Positions 1 through 10,673 of a stretch of DNA of 64,000 nucleotides are shown here, one piece after another (the stretch's first letter is position 1; each line of letters begins with the position of its first letter). The notes under the pieces are model-generated. The model did not search any database. It was given only the letters and a program-made list of their open reading frames with translations, and was not told the origin of the DNA. The translations under genes and the position numbers were made by a program. Source of the DNA: Armatimonadota bacterium (GTDB lineage: Bacteria; Armatimonadota; SYMT01); NCBI GenBank assembly GCA_041690135.1, contig JAWLHY010000001.1:224001-288000 (forward strand), read 5' to 3'.

Positions 1-669
1 ATCCGGCTTTCACCCTGTAACCCCGAGTATTACGTCAGCCTCGCTTCGCTGCTGCGGGAGTGCCATCGCTGCCAGGAAGCGTGTGAGGTACTGGAGAAGG
101 GACTCCGGCTCGATCCCGGTAATCCCGAGTTACTCCAGTCGCTGGCGGAGCTGATGTTGGAATGCGGGCAGCCCGACCACGCCATCTATTACGCGCAGCG
201 TTTGCTCCGGCGTTCGGGTAAGAACCTCGTCGCGCGGGACGTCCTAGGGGTTGCCTACCTCCAGCAGGGCCGCATCAACGAGGCGCTGCGAATGGCGGAC
301 CAGATGGTCAACCTCAATCCGCTGGACCCCGGCCACCACTTCAAAAAAGCGGTCCTGTTCCAGCAGCAGGGCATGCTCCGAGAGGCGCTCGTCGAGTTCG
401 CGCGTGTCCTGGATCTTTCCCCCGACTCGGAGATGGGTCAGGAAGCGCGCCAGGCGATCGAGGTGATGGACCATCACCAGATGCGGCAGATCATTCTGCT
501 GGCCTCGGAAGACGTGGTATTCCGCGCCAAGCTGCGGAGAGATTCGTCGGAGGCCTCTCGCGAGCGCGGCTTCTTCCTCAGCGACGGGGGCGCGGCCGCC
601 CTGGAATCTCTCGACCTGGACGCCTTCTGCTCCTATCACCCCGTCAGCTACCCCGCGGTTTACAACTAA
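1..669 (+). CDS. Tetratricopeptide-repeat protein, 5'-truncated by the window edge
   Basis: Frame 1 is open from base 1 (IRLSPCNPEYYVSLASLL...) into ORF 154..669; TPR-like units (LGVAYLQQGRINEALR, LFQQQGMLREALVEFARVLDLSP). Confidence 0.8.
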   Translation: MRLSPCNPEYYVSLASLLRECHRCQEACEVLEKGLRLDPGNPELLQSLAELMLECGQPDHAIYYAQRLLRRSGKNLVARDVLGVAYLQQGRINEALRMADQMVNLNPLDPGHHFKKAVLFQQQGMLREALVEFARVLDLSPDSEMGQEARQAIEVMDHHQMRQIILLASEDVVFRAKLRRDSSEASRERGFFLSDGGAAALESLDLDAFCSYHPVSYPAVYN

Positions 670-711
670 CTCACCCCTAGCCGGGCGTAGCCGGAACCAA
701 GAGGAAGGCGG

Positions 712-1089
712 CGTCATCCATACGGACTTGCAGTTTGCGAAGGAGCCCAAGCGCCCCTATGCTTCGCCGGGCAGGCTTGCGAGTTTACCCGGCGAAGTAC
801 ACCCGGCGGAGCATAGGGCTAGGGCAATCCCCCTGTCCTCCGCGCCGCCGCCTTTACGACCGTTCACCCGCTTTGCGAAATTCACTGCGGAACCCTGGGG
901 CCGGAGTGCGAGCTCCGGGAGTGAGACCCACTGCGGTCACCAGGGGGATGGCCACAGTTTACCCGGCGCAGCATAGGGCCCCACAATGGACGGACCTCGC
1001 ACGCGGATGCGATACAAAACAAGACACGGCTAGCGTGGCTACCGGCCGATCGGGCGGGGCTCGCAAACCGTAGGTCCGTATGGATGACG
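712..1089. repeat. 378-bp intergenic element with terminal inverted repeats (MITE-like or structured RNA)
   Basis: CGTCATCCATACGGAC (712-727) is the exact reverse complement of 1074-1089; GTTTGCGA (733-740) pairs with TCGCAAAC (1061-1068); internal inverted and direct repeats. Confidence 0.65.
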
Positions 1090-1160
1090 TGCGCTAGCTT
1101 TCCTCTGCTACACCATTTGTGCGCGTTTTGCGCAGAAGTGCACGGGTAAGAGACCAACGG

Positions 1161-2333
1161 ATGGCCGACTCTCACCACTACGCGCTGAACGCCGACTACA
1201 ACTTGCGGTGCTTCGCCTCCGATTCGGCCGCCAGCATGGCCGCGGGATCGCGGCGCTTTCCCCACCCGGCCGAGGCCGAACTCGGTCCCCTTAACCTGCT
1301 GATCGAGGCCTTGCCCGAGCCGGCTGCCTCCGTTCTCGCCTCCGCAGCTGCTGGTGCGCCGGTCGCCTGTTGTGTTTCCGAAGTAGGGGCCTGGTTGAGC
1401 GGTACGTCTCCGCATTTGGAAGCCGTGGCGGATGCTCTCCACTCCCACACCCCCGATCTCACCGGGGAGATGCGGGCGGCGCTCCAGGGCTACCTGGCGG
1501 CGCGCCGCGCCTCGCGCTCCACGCTCGTGATGGGCATACTCAACGTTACCCCGGACAGCTTCAGCGACGGCGGGCTCTGGCTCGATACGGAAGCGGCGGT
1601 GGAGCAGGGGCTACGCCTGGTGGAAGAGGGGGCGGACGTGCTCGATATCGGCGGCGAGTCGACGCGGCCCGGCGCCGCCGAGATTCCGGCGGAAGAAGAG
1701 CTCCGGCGGGTGCTGCCGGTGGTGGAACGGCTGCGAGAGCAGACCTCCGTACCCCTTTCCATCGACACGCGCAAAGCGGCGGTGGCGGAACGGTGCCTGG
1801 AAGCCGGGGCGAACTGGGTGAACGACATCAGCGGCCTTACCTACGAACCGGAACTGGCGGCGGTGGTCGCCCGTTATCCGGGGACGGAGTTGGTTCTGAT
1901 GCATTCCCGATCGCGACCCGGCGACGAGCGGTACTCCACCGAGTATGATTCCGCGGGCCGGCCGGTCTATACGGACGTGGTGGCCGATACGCTGCGCTGG
2001 CTCCGCCGGCAGGTGCGACAGGCGGTCGCCGCCGGCGTCCCAGCGGAGCGGATCTGGATCGACCCCGGATTCGGGTTCGGGAAGACGTACGAGCAAAACG
2101 TGGAACTGCTGCGGCGCCTGCCCGAATACAACTCCCTGGGCCTGCCGGTGCTGCTGGGTACTTCCCGTAAGAGCAGTGTGGGGCGTATGCTGGGGGATCT
2201 ACCGCCGGGGGAGCGCCTCGAAGGGACCCTGGCCACTTCCGCCTGGGCGGCCGGCCACGGCGCAGCCGCGGTCCGCGTGCACGACGTCCAGGCGAACAAA
2301 CGCGTCGTCACGGTCATCGATGCGCTAAGATAA
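1161..2333 (+). CDS. folP: Dihydropteroate synthase with N-terminal extension
   Basis: MGILNVTPDSFSDGG, DIGGESTRPG, SIDT, IDPGFGFGK, GTSRKS, VRVHDV motifs; ATG 1161 chosen over 1119. Confidence 0.95.
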   Translation: MADSHHYALNADYNLRCFASDSAASMAAGSRRFPHPAEAELGPLNLLIEALPEPAASVLASAAAGAPVACCVSEVGAWLSGTSPHLEAVADALHSHTPDLTGEMRAALQGYLAARRASRSTLVMGILNVTPDSFSDGGLWLDTEAAVEQGLRLVEEGADVLDIGGESTRPGAAEIPAEEELRRVLPVVERLREQTSVPLSIDTRKAAVAERCLEAGANWVNDISGLTYEPELAAVVARYPGTELVLMHSRSRPGDERYSTEYDSAGRPVYTDVVADTLRWLRRQVRQAVAAGVPAERIWIDPGFGFGKTYEQNVELLRRLPEYNSLGLPVLLGTSRKSSVGRMLGDLPPGERLEGTLATSAWAAGHGAAAVRVHDVQANKRVVTVIDALR

Positions 2334-2339
2334 GTCGTC

Positions 2340-3893
2340 ATGAATCCTCAACCCGATCAGAACGTGCTCGTCGTCGATTTCGGTGCGCAGTACAGCCAGC
2401 TCATCGCGCGCCGCATCCGCGAGTGTCAGGTTTACTGCGAGATCGTGCCGTGCGACACGCCGGTGGCGGAACTCGTCGCCCGGCGGCCGGCCGGAATCGT
2501 GCTCAGCGGCGGACCGCCCAGCGTTTATGAGGAGGGCGCGCCCTCCATCGACCCCGCCATCTACGACCAGAACATCCCGGTCCTGGGCATCTGCTACGGG
2601 ATGCAGTTGATGGCGCGCCAGCTCGGCGGCGAGGTGGTGCCCGGCGGGCAACAGCGGGAGTACGGCAAGACCGACCTGCACGTGGCGCGGGACCGGGCCG
2701 CGGACGCGCTGTTCTGGGGGGTCGGCTCGGAGTTGGTGAGCTGGATGAGCCACGGCGATCGGGTGGACGCGCCGCCTCCCGGCTTCCTCACGCTCGGTTC
2801 GACGGATAACACGCCCGTGGCGGCGATGGGGAATCCGGAGCGCCGGCTCTACGGGGTCCAGTTCCACCCGGAGGTCACCCACACCCAGGGCGGAACGCGC
2901 GTGCTGCGGAACTTCCTCACCGAGGTCTGCAAGTGCGACACCACCTGGACCATGGAGAACTACCTCCAGCAGGCAGTGGAAGATATCCGCCGGCAGGTAG
3001 GGGACGCGCGGGTGATCTGTGGATTGAGCGGCGGCGTGGACAGCGCGGTGGCCGCGGCGCTGGTGCACCGGGCGATCGGCGACCAGTTGACCTGTATTTT
3101 CGTGAACCACGGACTGCTCCGCCAGGGCGAGCCCGAGGCGGTGCGCGAGACGTTCGAGGGCCATTTCCACGTCCCCCTGGTCTACGTGGACGCGGAAGAG
3201 CGGTTCCTGCAGGCGCTCGCCGGTGTTTCCGACCCCGAGCGCAAGCGGAAGATCATCGGGCAGGAGTTCATCCGGGTTTTCGAGGAAGAGGCGCGCAAGG
3301 TTGGGGATGCGGAGTTCCTGGTTCAGGGCACCCTTTACCCGGACGTGATCGAGAGCGGCCCCGGTAAGGCGGCGACGATCAAGACGCACCACAACGTGGG
3401 CGGTTTGCCGGAGGACATGAAGCTTCGGCTGGTGGAGCCGCTGCGCTGGTTGTTCAAAGATGAGGTCCGCGCTCTCGGCGAGCAGTTGGGACTCCCCGAG
3501 GAGATGGTGTGGCGCCATCCCTTCCCCGGTCCGGGTCTCGCCGTGCGCATTCTGGGCGAGGTCACCCACGAGAAGCTGGAGATCCTGCGCCACGCGGACC
3601 ATATCCTGATGGAGGAGCTGCGCCGCGCGGGGCTCTACCGCCAGCTTTCGCAGGCGTTCGCGGTGCTGCCCAACGACCGCACCGTGGGCGTGATGGGCGA
3701 CCAGCGCACCTACGCCTACTTCGTCGTGTTCCGGGCCGTGACCACGGAGGACTTCATGACGGCCGACTGGGCCCGGATCCCTCACGACGTGCTGGAGCGG
3801 ATGAGTAACCGGGTGGTCAACGAGGTGGCCGGCGTTAACCGCCTGGTATACGACCTGACTTCCAAGCCCCCGGGGACCATTGAGTGGGAGTAA
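2340..3893 (+). CDS. guaA: GMP synthase (glutamine-hydrolysing)
   Basis: [36 protein letters not shown]-terminal KPPGTIEWE. Confidence 0.98.
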   Translation: MNPQPDQNVLVVDFGAQYSQLIARRIRECQVYCEIVPCDTPVAELVARRPAGIVLSGGPPSVYEEGAPSIDPAIYDQNIPVLGICYGMQLMARQLGGEVVPGGQQREYGKTDLHVARDRAADALFWGVGSELVSWMSHGDRVDAPPPGFLTLGSTDNTPVAAMGNPERRLYGVQFHPEVTHTQGGTRVLRNFLTEVCKCDTTWTMENYLQQAVEDIRRQVGDARVICGLSGGVDSAVAAALVHRAIGDQLTCIFVNHGLLRQGEPEAVRETFEGHFHVPLVYVDAEERFLQALAGVSDPERKRKIIGQEFIRVFEEEARKVGDAEFLVQGTLYPDVIESGPGKAATIKTHHNVGGLPEDMKLRLVEPLRWLFKDEVRALGEQLGLPEEMVWRHPFPGPGLAVRILGEVTHEKLEILRHADHILMEELRRAGLYRQLSQAFAVLPNDRTVGVMGDQRTYAYFVVFRAVTTEDFMTADWARIPHDVLERMSNRVVNEVAGVNRLVYDLTSKPPGTIEWE

Positions 3894-4029
3894 GGGGCGC
3901 ATTGTCCCGGAAGACCGCCTCTGTATCCCCGTGCCCCTCGGCAATCGCCGAGGGGCCGTTTCACGTTCACGGCAGCCACACCGTCCTTACCCGGGTGCAT
4001 ACCTTTTCGTAGGAGACGATCGAACGTCG

Positions 4030-4593
4030 ATGGACCCCACCGCATTGCATCCCGATATCGAGGCGGTCCTGATCGCGCCGGAGCAGATCCGGGCGCGGGT
4101 TCAGGAGTTGGGCGCGGAGATCTCCCGCCGCCATGCCGGGCATTCCCTGCACGTGGTGGGGGTGCTGCGGGGAGCCGCCATTTTCATGGCCGACCTGCTG
4201 CGGGAGTTGACGGTGCCGACCACCATGGACTTCATCGCGATCTCCAGTTACGGAAACCGGACGCGGTCCAGTGGGATCGTCCGCATCGTGAAAGACCTGG
4301 AGGATACCGTGGAAGGCCGCCACGTTCTGGTGGTGGAAGACGTGGTGGATACGGGGCTTACCCTGAACTATCTTCGGGAGTTGCTGGGGGACCGCGGGGT
4401 AGCCTCCCTGGAGGTCTGCGCGCTGCTTGATAAGCCCTCGGCGCGCAAGGTCGAAGCCACCGCAAACTACGTCGGGTTCACCGTGCCCGAATCCTTCGTT
4501 GTGGGTTATGGGCTCGATTTCCGGCAGAACTACCGGGGTTTGCCTTATATCGCAACTCTGCGGCCTGAAATCTACGAAATGCGGGAAGAATAG
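4030..4593 (+). CDS. hpt: Hypoxanthine phosphoribosyltransferase
   Basis: VLVVEDVVDTGLT PRPP loop, FVVGYGLD, YRGLPYI; ATG 4030 follows AGGAG. Confidence 0.95.
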   Translation: MDPTALHPDIEAVLIAPEQIRARVQELGAEISRRHAGHSLHVVGVLRGAAIFMADLLRELTVPTTMDFIAISSYGNRTRSSGIVRIVKDLEDTVEGRHVLVVEDVVDTGLTLNYLRELLGDRGVASLEVCALLDKPSARKVEATANYVGFTVPESFVVGYGLDFRQNYRGLPYIATLRPEIYEMREE

Positions 4594-4780
4594 GGCGTGA
4601 GCGGCGGCCAGGGGCCGTGGACACTCTACAGGCTTCGCGCTATACTGTTGGTCGAAGTGCAACCAGCATAACGTCCGGCGCTTGCCTTCCCCGTCTCCCT
4701 TTCACCACCGCTCTCCCGTCCGGCTTTGATCGCCCCACGGTACTGAACCCCGCGCGATCCGCTCCTGGATCGAGGTACCC

Positions 4781-6043
4781 ATGGAACTCGCCGAGCTCGA
4801 ATCCAAGTCTGTCGAGGAGCTGCAGGGCATCGCCAAAGACCTCAATATCTCCGATGCCGACCGGCTCCGCAAACACGACCTCACCTTCAAGATCCTGCAG
4901 ACCCAGGCCGAAAGCAGCGGCCTCATCTACGGCCAGGGCGTGTTGGAGATCCTCCCCGACGGTTGGGGCTTCCTCCGCCACGACAACTTCCAGCCCGCCG
5001 CCGATGACATCTACGTTTCCCAGTCCCAGATCAAGCGCTTCGGGCTGAAGACGGGCGATTGGGTGAGCGGCCAGGTACGCCCGCCGAAGGAGAACGAGAA
5101 GTACTACGGTCTCCTGCGCGTGGAAGCGGTCAACCAGGTGGAACCGGAGCGCGCCCGACAGCGCAAGGATTATGCGGACCTTACCACCGTTTATCCGAAC
5201 ACGCGGCTGCGGATCGAGACCACCCCGGACATCATCGCGGGACGGTTCATCGATCTGATCGCACCGATCGGAAAGGGACAACGCGGCCTGATCGTCGCCC
5301 CCCCGAAAGCCGGCAAGACGACCCTGCTCAAGCAGATTTCTCACGGGATCACCTCCAACAATCCCGAGGTGTTTCTGATCGTGCTGCTGGTGGACGAGCG
5401 GCCCGAAGAAGTCACCGACATGCGGCGTTCGGTCAAGGGCCAGGTCGTTAGCTCCACCTTCGACGAGTTGCCCGAGAACCACATGCGCGTGGCCGACATG
5501 GTGCTGGAAGAAGCGAAGCGCCTGGTGGAGAGCGGGCGCGACGTGGTGGTGCTGCTGGATAGCCTGACCCGCCTTTCCCGTGCCTCCAACCTCACGGTGA
5601 ACCCCAGCGGCCGTACCCTTACCGGCGGTCTGGACCCGGCGGCGCTCTACCGGCCCAAACGGTTCTTCGGCGCGGCACGGAACATCGAAGAGGGGGGAAG
5701 CCTCACGATCATCGCCACCGCGCTGGTCGATACCGGCAGCCGGATGGACGACATGATCTTCGAGGAGTTCAAGGGCACCGGCAACTGGGAGCTTCACCTC
5801 AGCCGCGAGCTACAGGAGCGCCGCGTCTTCCCGGCCATCGACATCAAGAAGTCCGGCACCCGCCACGACGAGCTGCTGTTCGACGCGGACACGCTCAAGC
5901 AAGTCTGGAAGCTCCACCGCGCGCTGTCGGCCCTCGACACGGTCCAGGCCACCGAGCTCTTGATCGATCGGCTCCGGAATACCAAGAGCAACGACGAATT
6001 CCTCAAGATCGTGGATAAGACCCTGCGCGACGCGGCGGATTAG
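4781..6043 (+). CDS. rho: Transcription termination factor Rho
   Basis: [51 protein letters not shown]. Confidence 0.98.
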   Translation: MELAELESKSVEELQGIAKDLNISDADRLRKHDLTFKILQTQAESSGLIYGQGVLEILPDGWGFLRHDNFQPAADDIYVSQSQIKRFGLKTGDWVSGQVRPPKENEKYYGLLRVEAVNQVEPERARQRKDYADLTTVYPNTRLRIETTPDIIAGRFIDLIAPIGKGQRGLIVAPPKAGKTTLLKQISHGITSNNPEVFLIVLLVDERPEEVTDMRRSVKGQVVSSTFDELPENHMRVADMVLEEAKRLVESGRDVVVLLDSLTRLSRASNLTVNPSGRTLTGGLDPAALYRPKRFFGAARNIEEGGSLTIIATALVDTGSRMDDMIFEEFKGTGNWELHLSRELQERRVFPAIDIKKSGTRHDELLFDADTLKQVWKLHRALSALDTVQATELLIDRLRNTKSNDEFLKIVDKTLRDAAD

Positions 6044-7380
6044 AATCGGTCCAGAAGGGCCGCCAGGGTCGGGTCTTCTTCCTCGGGGGGATGGATCCAC
6101 TTCTCGAGCTGGACGATGGTTCCTTCCGGACCGGAGGCCAGCCAGAGACGTTCCACCAGTTCCAGCATCAGGGTAAAGCCCATTCCCAGGGAGATCTTGG
6201 TGGAGAACCCGGGGCGCAGGATACTGGAGGGGAGGTTTTCCGGGTGAATTCCCGGGCCCGCGTCCGTAACACGGACGGTGACCCGATCTTCCGAAATGAA
6301 CACGGCGGCCCGTCCCCCGACACCGTGCTTGACCGCGTTTGTGGCGGCCTCGCCGGCGGCGACCACCAGGTCCTCCGCGGCGCCTTCGGCTAATCCCGCC
6401 TCCAGGCCGACCCGGCGTAGCTCTCGCCGGAAGGCGGTATAGTTTTCAGGCTCCTGCAGGGAGGTGGTGAACCGCTGCGTGCCTTCCGTCAGGATTTCCC
6501 TCGGTTCGACGAGTTGCAGCTTATCCCGCGTGACTGCCCGGATGACTTCGCCGTAGAAGCGCTTCTTCTCGACCTCCGTAGACAGGAGGCGCTGATGGGC
6601 AGCCTCAAGCGCTTCCTCCGTTCGTTTTAGAGCTGTTACATCGACCGCGAAGACGATCACCCCGGTGACGTTCCCGCTCTCATCCCGGTAGGGGAGCTTA
6701 TCGGTGCGGACCCAGACCCGCTCGCCGGAAGCGTGCTGGTATGGCTCCACGATGCCCAGCCGGGGTTGCCCCGTACGGATCACCTCCAGGTCGTCCGTAT
6801 GGTAGGCTTTCGCATCCTCCCGGGGGTAAAGGTCGTAGGTGGAACGACCCTCGATCGCCTCGACCGTCAGGCCCATGGACGCGGCGGCGGCCCGGTTGGC
6901 CCGGAGGATGCGGTTGTCGGCATCCTTGTACCAGATCATGGCCGGAACGGAGTGGAAGATGATCTGCTGCTCCTCCTGAAGGCGGCGGAGCTCGGTTTCC
7001 GCCCGCTTCCGCTCGGTCAGGTCGCGCAGTACCCGCGCGTACCCGCTGATTCGGCCATCTTTCCGCAGGGCGGTGGTGACGCCGTTGGCCCAGAACCGGC
7101 TGCCGTCCTTCCGAACCAGCCAGCGTTCCTCTTCGACGCGGCCTTCCCTACGAGCCGTAGATAAGTGGCGTTCGGGAAGCCCGGCTTCGACATCTTCCGG
7201 CGGGTACAGACGCGCGACCGGCATCCCCACGGCTTCTTCGGCCGTATAGCCGAGCAGCCGCTGGGCGCCCGCGCTCCAGCTTAGTACCCGTCCCTCCGGG
7301 TCCAACATGAAGATCGCGTAGTCCTTGACGCCATCGATGAGAAGACGGAAGCGTTCCTCCACTTCTTCCAGGTTACTCAC
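6040..7380 (-). CDS. PAS-PAS protein with C-terminal anti-sigma-kinase-type (RsbW/RsbT-like) HATPase domain
   Basis: Two PAS/PAC domains (RKDGSRFWA; TDKLPYRDESGNVTG), then GEAATNAVKHG and VTDAGPGI; no canonical HisKA H-box. Confidence 0.8.
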   Translation of the reverse strand: MSNLEEVEERFRLLIDGVKDYAIFMLDPEGRVLSWSAGAQRLLGYTAEEAVGMPVARLYPPEDVEAGLPERHLSTARREGRVEEERWLVRKDGSRFWANGVTTALRKDGRISGYARVLRDLTERKRAETELRRLQEEQQIIFHSVPAMIWYKDADNRILRANRAAAASMGLTVEAIEGRSTYDLYPREDAKAYHTDDLEVIRTGQPRLGIVEPYQHASGERVWVRTDKLPYRDESGNVTGVIVFAVDVTALKRTEEALEAAHQRLLSTEVEKKRFYGEVIRAVTRDKLQLVEPREILTEGTQRFTTSLQEPENYTAFRRELRRVGLEAGLAEGAAEDLVVAAGEAATNAVKHGVGGRAAVFISEDRVTVRVTDAGPGIHPENLPSSILRPGFSTKISLGMGFTLMLELVERLWLASGPEGTIVQLEKWIHPPEEEDPTLAALLDRF

Positions 7381-9659
7381 CTACTTTCTTCCTGCATATT
7401 CGAGCCGTTTCCCGTTTCTTCCATGATCCGGAGAACGAGTACCGCGATGTCGTCGCGGACGTTCCCGTTCTGGAATTCCACGGCGGCCCGTTCGATCCGA
7501 GCCGCGATCTCGCCCACCTCCAGACCGCGGCAGTCGCGGACCAGTGCCGCGAGCCGTTCTTCGCCGAACAGCTTGGTGTCTATACGGGCTTCGATCACCC
7601 CGTCCGTGTAGAACACGAGGGTGTCTCCGCGCTCCAGTTCGACATGGAAGAGCGGCAGTGGCGGTGAGGGGGATATGCCCAGAATCAAGCCGGGTCGCCC
7701 CAACGGCTCGACCGTCCCGTCCCGGCGCAGGCGCAGGGGGGGAGGATGCCCGCCGCTGGCCATGGTCAATCGGGCGCCGCCGCCTGTGATCTCGATACAC
7801 GCGAGGACCGCGGTTACAAACAGGGTCGTATCGGTCTGGTCCAGGATGGCCTGGTTGAGGCGGGCGAGAATCCGGTCCGGCTCCGTCTCGTAGGGTGCGA
7901 CAGCTCGCGCCGTGTATCGGGTGAGAGCGGTGACCGCGGCGGCCGTCACCCCTTTGCCGGAGACATCTCCCAACAGGATGGCGGTGACGCCCTCTTCCTT
8001 GCAGGTGAATACGTCATAGAAGTCGCCCCCCACCTCCAGCCCTTCGCCGGCCGGAAGGTAGCGTGCCGCCAGTCGGATACCGGGGAGTTCCGGCAAGGCG
8101 GAAGGGAGCAGGCTCTGTTGCAAGGTGTGGGCCGTGCGGAGTTGGCGCCGATAGAGGCGCGCATTGTCGATGGCCTGGGCGGCGCGGCGCGCGAGGTCCC
8201 GCGCCAGCGCGAGGTCGTCGGTGTCGTACCGGCGTCCGGACCCCGCATAGGCGAACGTGATGGCTCCCAGCGTCCGGCCGCGAACCCGCAGCGGGACGAC
8301 CATGCCCGAGCTCACGCCCAACTCCCGGAGCAACGCCTGGTGTTCCGGGTCATCCGTGGCCCAGCTCAGGGTCTCGGCGGAGATCTCGGGATGGAGAACC
8401 GGTTTTCCGGTGCGCAGCACGTGCGCTACACCGCTAGGGGCCTGTGGGTCCGGCGGGAACCGGCGGAGCTCGGTCACCTTCTCCTCGAGGGCGGGATCCG
8501 CATGAGCCGTGGCAATGCGTACCAGGGTCCCATCTTCCTCCACCAGGTCCACCAGGCACACGTCGGCGAAGAACGATACAGCCAGGCGAGCGACTCTCTC
8601 CAGGGTCGTTTCGTAGTCCAGAGAAGAGGCGATCTCCTCTCCCGCCCGCGCCAGGAACTTCACCGCCTCCTCCGCGCGGCGACGCTCCGCGACTTCCAGG
8701 GCCAGCGATACCATATCCGCCACGGAGCCGGCGAAGCTCTGCTCTTCCGCGGTCCAGTGACGAGGCCGGCCCACATGCTCATGGCAGACGATACCTACTG
8801 TTTTTCCGCCGTAGCGGATCGGCGCGTCCAACATGGAGGTGATACCGAGAAGAGAGAGATAGGAGCCGGTGAACTCGCGCGTTCGCGGGTCTCGCTGGGC
8901 GTCATCCGCGGCAATGACCCGCTCTTCCTTCAGGGCCTGGAAGTAGGCCGGGTAGTCCGAGCGCGAGATTTCCAGGCCATCCGTGTGCCGGCCGGGGCTT
9001 CGTTCGAAGAGATTGACACAGCGGATGCGGGTACGTTCGGCGTCGAACAGCCAGATTCCCACGCGCTCCAGGTCGAGCGTCCGGGCATCGGCCTCCGTGA
9101 TCTGCGCGAGGGCCACCTTCAGATCTCCGGAGACCAGCGCCGGGTTGCGGGTCAGCTCCACCAGCGCCGCCTGCTGACGGCGGAGCAGTTCCTCGGTTCC
9201 CCGGTGTTCCGTGGTGTCGCGCACGACTTTGGCGAACCCCCAGATGCGGCCCTCGGGGTCCCGGAGAGGGGTTGTTACCCCATCCGCCCAGAAGCAGGAG
9301 CCATTCCGCCGCACCAGCCAGTTCTGATCATCGGCTCGCCCGACCTTCTCGGCCGTCTCCAGTTCCCGCTCCGGAAGGCCGGCCGCGATCTCCTCCGGCT
9401 GGAAGAAACGGGAGAAGTGGAGGCCCTGGATTTCCTCCGGAGCGTATCCCAGCAGCCGCTCGGCGCCCGGGTTCCAGTTGACGACGCGCCCTTCCCGGTC
9501 GAGGATCATGATGGCGTACTCATGGGCCGCCTCGACGAGCGCGCGGAACCGCTGTTCGCTGCGCCGGACCTCTTCCAGCATTCGGGACGGCTCTACCTCC
9601 AGTCCGTCCGAAGCCGACGTGGGTTCCAGTTCTTCTTCCCCGAGCGTGTCGTGAATCAC
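7377..9659 (-). CDS. PAS/GAF/GAF PP2C-family (SpoIIE/RsbU-like) serine phosphatase; start uncertain (ORF open to 9716)
   Basis: LQQSLLP, VGGDFYDV, GDVSGKG, FYTDGVIE, RDDIAVL; N-terminal PAS and two GAF domains. Confidence 0.9.
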   Translation of the reverse strand: MIHDTLGEEELEPTSASDGLEVEPSRMLEEVRRSEQRFRALVEAAHEYAIMILDREGRVVNWNPGAERLLGYAPEEIQGLHFSRFFQPEEIAAGLPERELETAEKVGRADDQNWLVRRNGSCFWADGVTTPLRDPEGRIWGFAKVVRDTTEHRGTEELLRRQQAALVELTRNPALVSGDLKVALAQITEADARTLDLERVGIWLFDAERTRIRCVNLFERSPGRHTDGLEISRSDYPAYFQALKEERVIAADDAQRDPRTREFTGSYLSLLGITSMLDAPIRYGGKTVGIVCHEHVGRPRHWTAEEQSFAGSVADMVSLALEVAERRRAEEAVKFLARAGEEIASSLDYETTLERVARLAVSFFADVCLVDLVEEDGTLVRIATAHADPALEEKVTELRRFPPDPQAPSGVAHVLRTGKPVLHPEISAETLSWATDDPEHQALLRELGVSSGMVVPLRVRGRTLGAITFAYAGSGRRYDTDDLALARDLARRAAQAIDNARLYRRQLRTAHTLQQSLLPSALPELPGIRLAARYLPAGEGLEVGGDFYDVFTCKEEGVTAILLGDVSGKGVTAAAVTALTRYTARAVAPYETEPDRILARLNQAILDQTDTTLFVTAVLACIEITGGGARLTMASGGHPPPLRLRRDGTVEPLGRPGLILGISPSPPLPLFHVELERGDTLVFYTDGVIEARIDTKLFGEERLAALVRDCRGLEVGEIAARIERAAVEFQNGNVRDDIAVLVLRIMEETGNGSNMQEESR

Positions 9660-9835
9660 CGCATCTTGGCCCTTCCTTCTACCCGCGGCGCGGAAGCCTC
9701 CCTGCTGCGGGAACACCGGGAGATGGCCTGCCCGGCGCGGAGAAGGGGTGATGCACCCAAGCTACGGCCGGGCTCCGCCGGTGTCGCTAATGGACTCTTA
9801 CCCGGCTCGCCGAACCTCGAACCGGGATAGCATGA

Positions 9836-10573
9836 ATGCCAGGAGGAGCTACCGTGGGGTTTGCGGATCAGTCGGGGTATCGCTGCCGGATGGACTGGGG
9901 GCGACGTGGCGTGCGGGAGGCGGCGGCACGCGGCGCCCTTCTGGTGGTGGTGGACGTGCTGCGGTTCTCCACCACGGTGGCGACCGCCGTCCAACACGGC
10001 GCGGAAGTTTATCCGTACCTGCTTGGGGACGACCTCGCCGGACTGGAGGGTGCGCACCCGGGAGCCTCTCGTGAATACGGCCTCTCGCCGTGCGACTGCG
10101 ACGGAGTACCACCGGGCACGCGGATCGCCCTCACGTCACTCAACGGCGCAACCTGCAGCCGATACGGGTCTCGTGCTCCCTATCTGTTCGTTGCCGCGCT
10201 GGTGAACCGGTCGGCGGTCGCGGAGGTGGTGAACGAGATCCTGGACCGTACTGCGCTGGCGGTAACCGTGGTGGCCTGTGGCGAACAATGGACCACCCCC
10301 GACGAAGGGGAGCGGCTGCGGTTTGCGGTCGAGGATTACCTGGGGGCGGGAGCGGTGCTCGCGGCGCTGCGGCACTCCAAGTCTCCCGAGGCCCGGGTCT
10401 GCGAGAGCGCCTTTCTCGGAGAGCAGGGCCGTCTGACGGAGATCCTTCACGAGTGCGCTAGCGGCCGGGAAATGGCGGGGCGGGGGAGGGGAGCCGACGT
10501 GGAGCACGCTGCGCGCCTGGATGTTTACGAGGCGGTACCGGTAATGCGGGAGGGAAAACTCACCCGTTTTTAG
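9836..10573 (+). CDS. 2-phosphosulfolactate phosphatase (ComB) family protein
   Basis: VVVDVLRFSTT, TSLNGA, VEDYLGAGA motifs. Confidence 0.8.
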   Translation: MPGGATVGFADQSGYRCRMDWGRRGVREAAARGALLVVVDVLRFSTTVATAVQHGAEVYPYLLGDDLAGLEGAHPGASREYGLSPCDCDGVPPGTRIALTSLNGATCSRYGSRAPYLFVAALVNRSAVAEVVNEILDRTALAVTVVACGEQWTTPDEGERLRFAVEDYLGAGAVLAALRHSKSPEARVCESAFLGEQGRLTEILHECASGREMAGRGRGADVEHAARLDVYEAVPVMREGKLTRF

Positions 10574-10612
10574 CCTGGCGGACGAGACGTCCGCGCTCCT
10601 CCCAGAAACAAA

Positions 10613-10645
10613 ACCGGAGGCGTTCCGCAAAGGAACGCCTCCGGT
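10613..10645 (-). terminator. Intrinsic terminator after glnK (possibly bidirectional)
   Basis: 14-bp stem ACCGGAGGCGTTCC/GGAACGCCTCCGGT, 5-nt loop, T-rich tail on the minus strand, between convergent genes. Confidence 0.8.
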
Positions 10646-10673
10646 GTTCTTACTGCATGGGAAGCCGGCCGGA

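Noticed and set aside
9836-10573. Coenzyme M biosynthesis inferred from the ComB-like gene
   Set aside because: ComB homologs are widespread in bacteria and no comA/comC/comDE is adjacent.
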